This document shows positions 1 through 8,208 of a stretch of 64,000 bases of DNA, piece by piece; positions within the stretch are counted from its first letter, which is position 1, and the number at the start of each line of letters is the position of its first letter. The DNA lies in NCBI GenBank assembly GCA_963781885.1, contig CAWAHW010000002.1, forward strand, positions 736,001 through 800,000, written 5' to 3'. The notes beneath the pieces are model-generated. The model was not told the DNA's origin. It made no database searches and saw nothing but the letters and a program-made list of their open reading frames with translations. This DNA comes from an uncultured Spirochaetota bacterium. Lineage in GTDB: Bacteria; Spirochaetota; Spirochaetia; SZUA-6; Fen-1364. The position numbers and the translations under genes are program-made.

Positions 1-1017
1 ATCGGCGAGTGGCTTTCAAGCCCCGCGGTGATGGATAGAATGGACGGCCTGGGTGACATCGTGAAGCCCGGAAAGATCGACCCGTCCTGGTTCTATTCCC
101 GGCTGCTTGCCATGGGCTCGCGCGACAACCGGCCCGTGCTCGTCCCGCTCTCCTTCTCCCTTCCAGCGATCGTCTACGTGCGAGGCCCCGCGGACCTGCC
201 GACCATGTTCATGCCCCTGGACACGCTGCGCGAGATGAGCAAGGCCTTCAACAAGACCGACAAGGCCGGAGCGCCGGCGAGCGTGGGCTTTTCTCCCACG
301 TGGAGCCCCGATTTCCTCACGTCCACGGCGCTCCTCTTCGGCACCCACCTGCGCCCGGGTCGCAACGGCATGCCATCGTGGGACGAAAGCGGGCTTCGCA
401 AGACCGTGGATTTCGTCACCTCATGGGTCGCCGACAACAACGGGGGCGCTGCTGACGGCAGCTTTGCCGCCCGTTACGTCCTCAACCAGCCGTGGGCGTG
501 GCATAAGCTGCTCGCGGACCCGCCGCGCGCCCTTTTCGGGTTCGCATCATTCACGGACTTCTTTGCCTTGCCGGAGGAGGAGCGCCGCGACCTGGATTTT
601 CGCTGGCTTTCCCAGGACGGGGTGATTCCGGTCCTGGACAACGTCCTCTTTGCGGGCATCCAGAGATCAGCCCGCGACAAGGGCGGCGCGCGCGCCTTCC
701 TCCAGTGGTTCTGCTCCCTCGGGGTTCAGCAGAACCTGATCACGGTGAATCAGTCCCGGAGGATCGGGGTGTTCGGGATCACGAACGGCTTCTCAGCCCT
801 GAAAAGCATCAATGAGAAGGACCTCCCGATGAAATACCCCCTCCTGTTGGGACATGTGCCGCAGGAAAACCTCCTCGTCTTCCCCGACATGCTGCCGGAT
901 TCGTGGCTGCGGGTGCGGGATGTCATGGACCCCTGGATCGTCGCCACTGCTCGGGGTCAGGAGACGGAAACACTGCAGAAAAAACTCGATGAATGGCAAA
1001 ATGCCCAGAAAAAGTGA
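1..1017 (+). CDS. Hypothetical / putative extracellular solute-binding protein (5' partial)
   Basis: Frame is open from base 1 (IGEWLSSPAVMDR...) to TGA at 1017. It lies just upstream of a sugar ABC ATPase, and the C-terminal 'ARAFLQWF' segment resembles solute-binding proteins. Confidence 0.5.
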   Translation: MGEWLSSPAVMDRMDGLGDIVKPGKIDPSWFYSRLLAMGSRDNRPVLVPLSFSLPAIVYVRGPADLPTMFMPLDTLREMSKAFNKTDKAGAPASVGFSPTWSPDFLTSTALLFGTHLRPGRNGMPSWDESGLRKTVDFVTSWVADNNGGAADGSFAARYVLNQPWAWHKLLADPPRALFGFASFTDFFALPEEERRDLDFRWLSQDGVIPVLDNVLFAGIQRSARDKGGARAFLQWFCSLGVQQNLITVNQSRRIGVFGITNGFSALKSINEKDLPMKYPLLLGHVPQENLLVFPDMLPDSWLRVRDVMDPWIVATARGQETETLQKKLDEWQNAQKK

Positions 1018-1056
1018 GGCCGGAAGGGGGCCGGAGGCTCCCTGGGGACTTTTTCA

Positions 1057-1085
1057 TTGACAGCAGCCCCCATCTGCTCTATGAT
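1057..1085 (+). promoter_or_regulatory. Sigma70-type promoter TTGACA-N17-TATGAT
   Basis: Near-consensus -35/-10 with 17-bp spacer, upstream of the GGAGG RBS of the ABC ATPase. Confidence 0.65.
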
Positions 1086-1120
1086 CGCCGCATAAGATAA
1101 TCCACCCAGGGAGGTTGCCT

Positions 1121-2215
1121 ATGGCGACAGTAGAGTTGAGGAACATTTCCAAGGTCTACGAGGGGGGCGTCAAGGCGGTCGACAACGCCAACCTCACAAT
1201 TAATGACAAGGAGTTCGTCGTCCTCGTCGGCCCGTCGGGCTGCGGCAAGACGACAACGCTCCGCATGGTCGCAGGTCTTGAGGAAATTTCGGGGGGCGAG
1301 CTGTACATCGACGGCAAGCTCATGAACGACGTGGCCCCGAAGGACCGCGACATCGCGATGGTGTTCCAGAACTACGCGTTGTACCCCCACATGACGGTGT
1401 ACGACAACATGGCTTTCGGGCTGAAGATCCGCAAGTACCCGAAGGCGGAGATCAACGCCCGCGTCCACGAGGCGGCGCAGATCCTCGACATTGAAGAGCT
1501 GCTCGATCGCAAGCCGAAGGCCCTCTCGGGCGGCCAGAGGCAGCGCGTGGCGGTCGGCCGCGCAATCGTGCGCAAGCCGAAGGTCTTTCTTTTCGACGAG
1601 CCGCTGTCCAACCTCGACGCGAAGCTCCGCGTCCAGATGAGGGCAGAGCTCTCGGCGCTCCATCACCGGCTCCAGGCCACGATGATCTACGTCACGCACG
1701 ACCAGATCGAGGCCATGACCATGGGGGACCGGATCGTCGTCCTGAAGGACGGGCTCATCCAGCAGATCGGCACCCCGCTTGGTCTCTACAATACGCCGGT
1801 GAACAGATTCGTCGCCGGTTTCATCGGGTCGCCTCCCATGAACTTCATGAAGGTGAGCCTGAAGATGGAAGGCGGCAAGTTGCTCGCGGACGAAGGAACC
1901 TTCCGTATGGAGCTCACGCCCCAGCAGACGGAATCCCTGCGCAACTACGCCGGCAAGGATGCGATATTCGGGATCAGGCCGGAAGACCTCCTGTACTCGG
2001 AGAACGGCTCAAAACCAAACTCGATACCGTCCAAGGTGGAAGTCATCGAGCCCCTGGGATCTGAAATCCATCTCTGGGTGAGCACGAAAAACAACCAGCT
2101 CGTCGCGAAGGTCGCGCCGAAGTACACGTTCCACATCGGCGACACCGCGCATCTGGTGCCGGACCTTTCCAAGATCCACTTCTTCGACCTGGAAACGGAG
2201 AAAGCCACCTTCTAG
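1121..2215 (+). CDS. Sugar ABC transporter ATP-binding protein (MalK/MsmK/UgpC family)
   Basis: Walker [35 protein letters not shown] and C-terminal TOBE region. Confidence 0.95.
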   Translation: MATVELRNISKVYEGGVKAVDNANLTINDKEFVVLVGPSGCGKTTTLRMVAGLEEISGGELYIDGKLMNDVAPKDRDIAMVFQNYALYPHMTVYDNMAFGLKIRKYPKAEINARVHEAAQILDIEELLDRKPKALSGGQRQRVAVGRAIVRKPKVFLFDEPLSNLDAKLRVQMRAELSALHHRLQATMIYVTHDQIEAMTMGDRIVVLKDGLIQQIGTPLGLYNTPVNRFVAGFIGSPPMNFMKVSLKMEGGKLLADEGTFRMELTPQQTESLRNYAGKDAIFGIRPEDLLYSENGSKPNSIPSKVEVIEPLGSEIHLWVSTKNNQLVAKVAPKYTFHIGDTAHLVPDLSKIHFFDLETEKATF

Positions 2216-2229
2216 TCCGTCGTTGGAAT

Positions 2230-2267
2230 CAAAAAGGGGCTGTCCAAAAAGGGCAGCCCCTTTTTTT
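2230..2267. terminator. Intrinsic, probably bidirectional terminator
   Basis: AAAAAGGGGCTGTCC-AAAAA-GGGCAGCCCCTTTTTTT between convergent genes. Confidence 0.85.
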
Positions 2268-2331
2268 GTCCTGCGCGCCGCCTCCGGTGTCGGCGGTCCA
2301 GCTGCCGCCCCCGCGCCGGGTACGGCGCTAG

Positions 2332-2386
2332 GGGCTCGCTCCCGTGCATCCAACTCCGCCAGGAGCGGAAGGCACTCGCTCGCCCT
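2332..2386. repeat. ~55-bp structured dispersed repeat, family B copy 1
   Basis: Core 2348-2386 matches 53895-53933 at 36/39 positions. Confidence 0.75.
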
Positions 2387-2397
2387 CGACATCGTGT

Positions 2398-3480
2398 CTA
2401 GGGCAACTCGCCATTGTTCCTCTTGGCGTACTGCTTGGCGACGTAGCGTGTCAGCGCGAGCTTCTGCGCGACGTCCCGGCGCTGGCTCTGCACCTGCGCG
2501 AAGAATTGCGCCGTGGTGAGGCCAGGGTCGATCGTGCCGACGCCTGTTCCCGCGTCGTGGAGCGCCTGCAGGCGCGGGAGCCGGAAGCTCACCCGTTCGA
2601 GCTGGAACTGCGTCCGGCGCATGCGGGCAAGCTGCCCGCCTATCGCCAGGCGCTCGCGGATGACCTCCCCGCGCGTGCCGATCCGGCCGCGCCTGTCCTC
2701 GTCCGCCCACTTGCTGAGGATGGACTGGCTGCGCAGGAGCTCAGCATTCTCTGTGTCGAGCTCCCGGACGAGCCGGTTGTAGAGCCGGGCATTGGCCTGA
2801 ATGAGCCGGAAGGCGTTCTGCTGGAGAAACTGCGCGCGCTGGGTCGACCACGTTCCGCGGTATGTATCCAGGTCGGCCGCCGCAACAGCCGAGGCCCTGA
2901 AGAGAACCAGAGGCTGTTTCTCCACCACCGTGCCCGGCTGTGCGTGAAGCTCCTTGCCCTGGTCGTCGGTGACCGCAACGTCGCCATCGTCGCACGTGAC
3001 GAGGATGTCGCCCGTCTCGGGCGCCGTCACCGTGAAGCTCGTGCCACGAACGCCCATCACCGCCGAGTCGCTCTTCACGCTCACCGCCTGGTCTCCCGTG
3101 AGCTTCGCCACTTTCAGCGCAATCTGTCCGCCGATGATGCCGATTGTCGTCTGCTGTTTTCCCTGGAGCGTGGAGGTTTCGAGGGAGAACTGCGTGTTGC
3201 TGCTCAGCTTGACCGTGATGTGCGGCACGGAGGGGGCGTCGAGGGAAAGCTCGGCCAGGCCGTCGGCGCCGGTTTTCACCATGTCGAAGTTCTGCACGTC
3301 GGAGCCGATGGCAACGCCCGAGACGTCGTCGCCGTTGCGCACGATGGAGACGTCCCCCTCCATGTACGTGACGCTCCCCATGCTGTCATCGGCGTATGCG
3401 CGCGCCGACAGAAGGAGACACGCGACGAGCAGGAAGCCCGTCGCGTGTCGGCGGCTCAGAGCAGGGCGAACACCAGCCAC
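2398..3480 (-). CDS. FecR-domain secreted protein
   Basis: Signal peptide, then 'GDVSIVRNG...VKTGADG...AVMGVRGTSFTV...VTCDDGDVAV' FecR-like motifs. Confidence 0.8.
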   Translation of the reverse strand: MAGVRPALSRRHATGFLLVACLLLSARAYADDSMGSVTYMEGDVSIVRNGDDVSGVAIGSDVQNFDMVKTGADGLAELSLDAPSVPHITVKLSSNTQFSLETSTLQGKQQTTIGIIGGQIALKVAKLTGDQAVSVKSDSAVMGVRGTSFTVTAPETGDILVTCDDGDVAVTDDQGKELHAQPGTVVEKQPLVLFRASAVAAADLDTYRGTWSTQRAQFLQQNAFRLIQANARLYNRLVRELDTENAELLRSQSILSKWADEDRRGRIGTRGEVIRERLAIGGQLARMRRTQFQLERVSFRLPRLQALHDAGTGVGTIDPGLTTAQFFAQVQSQRRDVAQKLALTRYVAKQYAKRNNGELP

Positions 3481-4613
3481 GCGGACCCTTCCTGCACGAA
3501 ATAGTATTTCTGGTACATCGACCAGAACGGGATGCCGGCGGAGAGATCCGTTTTTGCCTTGACGTTCAGCACATAGATCGTTCCCGTGACGCCGTCCACC
3601 GGGCTTGCCGCGGGCTGGACGAACGCGCTGTCCAGATCCACCACGTCGGCGAGTGTCGGGCTGCCGAAATCGGGATTGTCGAAATAGCCCTGGAGGGTCG
3701 TCTTCAGCTCATCCTGCGTCACCGTCTGACGCAGCCGCAGGAAGCGGATGCTCGGGCTGGTGAATCCGACGGCGCCATCGGCGTCCTTCTTCAAGATCGC
3801 AGTCATGAAGCCGGTGTATGCGTCGGTGATCTGCTTGCCCGCGTCCGCCTGTGAAAGCATCATGGCGGGAACGGCGGCCACGGCCGTTGCCTTCTGCGGG
3901 GCCCACGTGAGCGGAGGAGGCGTCTGGCCGATGGCGAAGATGGACCAGGCGCCGGATACCCGATGGATGAAGAACTGCTGTTTCTGCTCCCAGACGCTCA
4001 GGGACGAGGAGAAGTCCGGCTTTGCGTTCACCGTGAGGGTGTAGGTGTCGCCCCAGGCCGCCTGTTCCACCTGTGGCGCGGCGGCGACGACGATGCTGTC
4101 CAGGTCATAGACGGCGGCCGGATCCATGCCTTTCAGGGGCGCGGCGGCGAAGAAGCTCTGGAGGGCCGGCAGCGCGTCGGCGCTCGTCACGTCGGCCCCC
4201 AGCTTTGTAAAATAGACGGAGCCGTCGAGGAAACTCACCACGCCTGCCGCATCCTCGGCAACGAGGCTGCCGACGAAGCGCAGGAAAAAGGAGTTGATGG
4301 CCGCGGTGGGAACCGTCCCGGCACCCGACCCGATGGTGGTGGCGCGCCCCTGCGCGAGAAGCTCCGCGGCGGAAGGCAGCGCCGTATCCTTGATCGCGGC
4401 GGGGTCGAGCTGCGGGTAGATGAGCCGGGCCACCGTCATGTAATCGGCACCCTTGTCCTTCTCACCGACCGCCTGGTATTGCTTCCCGGCGAGCCAGTAC
4501 GCCTCGCCGACCGCCTGTCGCTGAGCATCGGTATAGGTCTTCCAGAATTGTCCCCACACGAGGCCCGAAGCGGCGAGCAGGATCAGCACGGAGAGAAAGA
4601 GTTTTTTCCTCAT
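3456..4613 (-). CDS. Secreted hypothetical protein with two tandem NTF2/SnoaL-like repeat domains
   Basis: Start MRKKLFLSV after GAGGAGG. Two internally similar ~125-aa blocks end in GAWSIFAI and SAWLVFAL. Confidence 0.65.
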   Translation of the reverse strand: MRKKLFLSVLILLAASGLVWGQFWKTYTDAQRQAVGEAYWLAGKQYQAVGEKDKGADYMTVARLIYPQLDPAAIKDTALPSAAELLAQGRATTIGSGAGTVPTAAINSFFLRFVGSLVAEDAAGVVSFLDGSVYFTKLGADVTSADALPALQSFFAAAPLKGMDPAAVYDLDSIVVAAAPQVEQAAWGDTYTLTVNAKPDFSSSLSVWEQKQQFFIHRVSGAWSIFAIGQTPPPLTWAPQKATAVAAVPAMMLSQADAGKQITDAYTGFMTAILKKDADGAVGFTSPSIRFLRLRQTVTQDELKTTLQGYFDNPDFGSPTLADVVDLDSAFVQPAASPVDGVTGTIYVLNVKAKTDLSAGIPFWSMYQKYYFVQEGSAWLVFALL

Positions 4614-4669
4614 GCGCAGCCTCCTCATTCGAAGTGCGACGTAATTCATTTTACCAATTCGAGTTTGAG

Positions 4670-4698
4670 TTGACAACCCATATTCCTGCTGGTAAGCT
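4670..4698 (+). promoter_or_regulatory. Sigma70-type promoter TTGACA-N17-TAAGCT
   Basis: Consensus -35 and 17-bp spacer upstream of the LysM lipoprotein. Confidence 0.55.
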
Positions 4699-4758
4699 TT
4701 TACCGTTCGTTGTGCACCTCTCCGGCGGGGAGGAAGAATGTCCATGAGGGAGGCTGCC

Positions 4759-6615
4759 ATGGCCCGATTGATCCGTTGTGCGGCGATTGTTGGTCTCTCC
4801 ATTGTCCTCATGAACTGTCCATCGACGCCCAAAAAGCCCCTCGACACCGTCGCGGCGCCCGCATTCACCCCGGCGGAAGGCACGTTCGCGTCCAGCCAAT
4901 CGGTGACGCTGGCGACGTCCACGGACGGCGCGAGCATCCGCTACACCACGGACGGCACCGTGCCCACGGCCACGACAGGCACCGCGTACTCAGGCGCCAT
5001 CGCCGTGTCGGCCACGACCACCATTCGCGCCATCGCCGCGAAGACGGGCTGGAACGATTCTCCCGTCGTGAGTGCGACATTCACCATCACGGGCAAGGTC
5101 GCCGACATACAGTTCAGCCCAGCGGCCGGAAGCTTCGATGCCGCCACCTCGGTCACGCTCAGCACGGACACAGATGGCGCGCAGATCTATTTCACCACGG
5201 ACGGCTCCGATCCCACCGCCGCGAACGGCACGCTCTACGCGGGGCCGGTCTCCGTTTCTGCCACGCAGACGATCAAGGCCATCGGCGTGAAACAGTCCTG
5301 GGAAAGCTCCGCGATCGCAAGCGCGACCTTCACGATCAATGTCGCCCAGACCGTCACGACCCCGGCCGTCGAGCCCATCACCGACGTGGAGGTCACCGAC
5401 GCACGCAACGCGCTGGCGCGCGCAAAGGAAGTGGACGCGGACTTCTTCGATCCCGACAACTACGATGCGGCGCGTAGCGCCCTTGACGACGGCATCAGCA
5501 TGCGTGTCTCTGACCCGGCCACTGCGCGGCAGCGCCTGGATACGGCAAAGGAGAAGGCAGACCTGGCGTTCACGAATTCCGTCCAGCGCGCCGCCCAGGA
5601 CATGGCTGGCGCAATGGATGCGGTAAAGCAGCGCCTTCTCACGCTGGAGGCGGACAAGTTCCTCCCCGACGACTACCAGAAGTCCACGGCCGGCATCGAT
5701 GAGGCTGCGTCCCTCTTCGCCGACAACAAGTACGCTGATGCCCGCGCACGCGGCTACCAGGCGCTCAAGGAGATGACGGACCTCGCCAATACGCTGGAAA
5801 GCAGGCTTGCAGGGGTGCGGACGCTGAAAAGCGACACCGAGCAGCTCATGAAGCAGATCGAGGACTCGGACCTGTACACCTATGCGCCCGGCCAGAAGGA
5901 CAAGGTCACCACGTTGTACGTGAACGGCGTCACCGCTCTTTCGACCTACAAGCTGGATTCCGCGGAGGAGAACTTCGGCGCGGCGCGGGAGGCGGCGCGG
6001 GACACCATCCGCATCGCCAAGGACGCGCAGGACACCACGCAGGCCGCCCAGAAGGCGAAGGCCGAGGCGATGCAGGCGCAGGTGATGAAGGCACTCCAGG
6101 ATGCCTCGGCGCTCACGGTGGTGACGGAGGACGGGACCGTCATCAAGCCGCAGAACTGGAAGGAAGACGACTTCCTGAAGCAGATCGACCAGATGATGCA
6201 GCAGCAGCAACAGCAGCAGCAGAAGAACTCGTCCGACGACCAGTCGATGCTGATACCGCAGGACCAGAGCACGGCCGTCATGGCCGACGAATCGTCGCCC
6301 AATCTCCTCCAGCAGGCACGGGACTTGTGGGTCCAGGGCCTCAAGGAAAACCAGGCGGGCAACTATGGCAAGGCCCAGGACTATTTCGCGGAGGCGCAGC
6401 GCTACATCGACATCTACAAGTCCTACGCGGTGAAGGGCGTCTACACCGTCCGCCTCATCCCGGACCGGCGCGATTGCCTCTGGAGGATCGCCGAATACGG
6501 GGACATCTATGGCGATCCGTACAAGTGGCCCACGATCTGGAGAAGGAACCGCAAGCTGATCCAGAACCCGGACCTGATATTCCCGGGCTGGCAGCTCGTC
6601 ATTCCGCCGAACTAG
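4759..6615 (+). CDS. Lipoprotein with two CHB_HEX_C/Fn3-like domains, helical region, poly-Q and C-terminal LysM
   Basis: Lipobox-like LMNC; two 'PAxGxF...IxYTTDG' repeats; 'DCLWRIAE...IYGDPYKWPTIW..N...IQNPDLIFPGWQLVIP' LysM. Confidence 0.85.
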   Translation: MARLIRCAAIVGLSIVLMNCPSTPKKPLDTVAAPAFTPAEGTFASSQSVTLATSTDGASIRYTTDGTVPTATTGTAYSGAIAVSATTTIRAIAAKTGWNDSPVVSATFTITGKVADIQFSPAAGSFDAATSVTLSTDTDGAQIYFTTDGSDPTAANGTLYAGPVSVSATQTIKAIGVKQSWESSAIASATFTINVAQTVTTPAVEPITDVEVTDARNALARAKEVDADFFDPDNYDAARSALDDGISMRVSDPATARQRLDTAKEKADLAFTNSVQRAAQDMAGAMDAVKQRLLTLEADKFLPDDYQKSTAGIDEAASLFADNKYADARARGYQALKEMTDLANTLESRLAGVRTLKSDTEQLMKQIEDSDLYTYAPGQKDKVTTLYVNGVTALSTYKLDSAEENFGAAREAARDTIRIAKDAQDTTQAAQKAKAEAMQAQVMKALQDASALTVVTEDGTVIKPQNWKEDDFLKQIDQMMQQQQQQQQKNSSDDQSMLIPQDQSTAVMADESSPNLLQQARDLWVQGLKENQAGNYGKAQDYFAEAQRYIDIYKSYAVKGVYTVRLIPDRRDCLWRIAEYGDIYGDPYKWPTIWRRNRKLIQNPDLIFPGWQLVIPPN

Positions 6616-6628
6616 AGACGGACCTCGT

Positions 6629-8023
6629 TCAGGTTCCGACAGGTCCTGCGTACCGCCGGATCTTCTGGACCAGCTCTTCTTTCCGTTGCAAGAGCCCCTT
6701 TTCCGTCGCGGATTCGACCACCAGACGGAGGAGGGGCTCGGTGTTTGAGACCCTCAGATTGAACCACCAATCTGCGTAGTCTATTCGGATGCCGTCCAGG
6801 TCCGTGAGCTTTCCATCGGAATATTCCTGTTGCACCCGCCTGACGATCTCTGCCCCGTTGGAAACGGTGAAATTGAGCTCCCCGGAAAAATGGTACCTGT
6901 CGATCTCCGCCATCAGTCGGGAGAAGGGGAGCCCCGACCGCGCCAGCACTTCCAGCACCACGAGAGCCGCGATCATGCCCGAGTCGCAAAAGAAGTTTTC
7001 CCGGAAGTAATAGTGCCCCGCGAGCTCCCCGCCCGCGATCCCCCCCGTTTCCCGCAGCAGCTTCTTGGCGTATGAGTGCCCCACCTTGCAGATGGTCGGC
7101 ACCGCGCCCAGCGCCTGCAGTGCCTCCACGACGCTGCGGGAGGAGCGGATGTCGTATGTCATCACGCGGCTCGGCGCTGCCGCCTCGCCCATTGGGACAC
7201 CGGGGGCAAGGAGCCTCTCGGGGTGCAGCGTGAAGTAGGAGCGGCCCAGGAGGGCGATGATCAGGTCCGGGGAGATGAACCGGCCGGTCTCGTCGACGAA
7301 CATCACGCGGTCTGCATCGCCGTCGAAACAGATGCCGCAGTCTGCCTTGTCCCCGCGGACGCGCGCCTTCAGGGCGGCGAGGTTCTCCTCCACCAGCGGG
7401 TTGGGCGCATGATTCGGGAAGGTGCCGTCCGGCTCGTCGAAGAGAAGCGAGTAGCGCAGCCCGGTGCCGGCAAGCACGTCCCGGAGAAAGACGCCCACCA
7501 TGCCGTTCGAGCAGTCAATGACGGCAGAGAGGCGGGAGAGGTCCGAACGGAAACGCGCGAGATGCGCGACGTAATCCGCGCGGATGTCGATGCTGCGGAC
7601 GACCCCCTTTGCTGCTGCCGCGGCGGGCAATGGGCGCGTGGCGACCGCGCGCTCCAGCTCCGCGAGTCCCGTATCGAAGCCGACAGGCACCGCCCAACGG
7701 CGCGACACCTTCAGGCCGTTGTATTCCGGGGGGTTGTGCGAGGCGGTGATCATCACGCTGCCGTCGAACGCGTAGTGGGCCGTGCTGAAATACACCGCCG
7801 GCGTGTCGCAAAGCCCAATGTCCACGACGTCGCATCCCGCCTCGATTATGCCGGCCGTGAGCATCTGGAATATTTCCGGCGAAGAGGTGCGCACGTCGCG
7901 ACCCACGCCGATGCTCCGCGCGGCCAGGAGGCCGGGAAGGCATCTGCCGACGGCGTAGGCGGTGTCGCCCGTCCACTCGCTGCCGAAAACCCCGCGAATA
8001 TCGTAGGACTTGAAGATTCCCAT
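6629..8023 (-). CDS. Phosphomannomutase/phosphoglucomutase
   Basis: FKSYDIRG, TASHNP, FDGDADR, GELAGH and RVSNTEP motifs. Confidence 0.95.
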   Translation of the reverse strand: MGIFKSYDIRGVFGSEWTGDTAYAVGRCLPGLLAARSIGVGRDVRTSSPEIFQMLTAGIIEAGCDVVDIGLCDTPAVYFSTAHYAFDGSVMITASHNPPEYNGLKVSRRWAVPVGFDTGLAELERAVATRPLPAAAAAKGVVRSIDIRADYVAHLARFRSDLSRLSAVIDCSNGMVGVFLRDVLAGTGLRYSLLFDEPDGTFPNHAPNPLVEENLAALKARVRGDKADCGICFDGDADRVMFVDETGRFISPDLIIALLGRSYFTLHPERLLAPGVPMGEAAAPSRVMTYDIRSSRSVVEALQALGAVPTICKVGHSYAKKLLRETGGIAGGELAGHYYFRENFFCDSGMIAALVVLEVLARSGLPFSRLMAEIDRYHFSGELNFTVSNGAEIVRRVQQEYSDGKLTDLDGIRIDYADWWFNLRVSNTEPLLRLVVESATEKGLLQRKEELVQKIRRYAGPVGT

Positions 8024-8102
8024 GTGGCGATAGTAGCAGGGGAGGAGCCGTCGCGGCAAATGCGTCCGGCCGCCGAACGCGACCGGCTACGGTGGCCGCA
8101 TA

Positions 8103-8172
8103 AATGCCACGGAATACCGTGGCCGCAATGCCACGGAATCACACGGAGTACCGTGTGTGCTACCGTGGCCGC
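8103..8172. repeat. REP-like palindrome family A: one short unit plus one long nested unit
   Basis: AATGCCACGGAATACCGTGGCCGC followed by a longer unit containing an inner CACACGG-AGTA-CCGTGTG hairpin. Confidence 0.8.
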
Positions 8173-8208
8173 CTGTACAGCGCGCCCGTTTTTGACTACG
8201 CTGAGACT

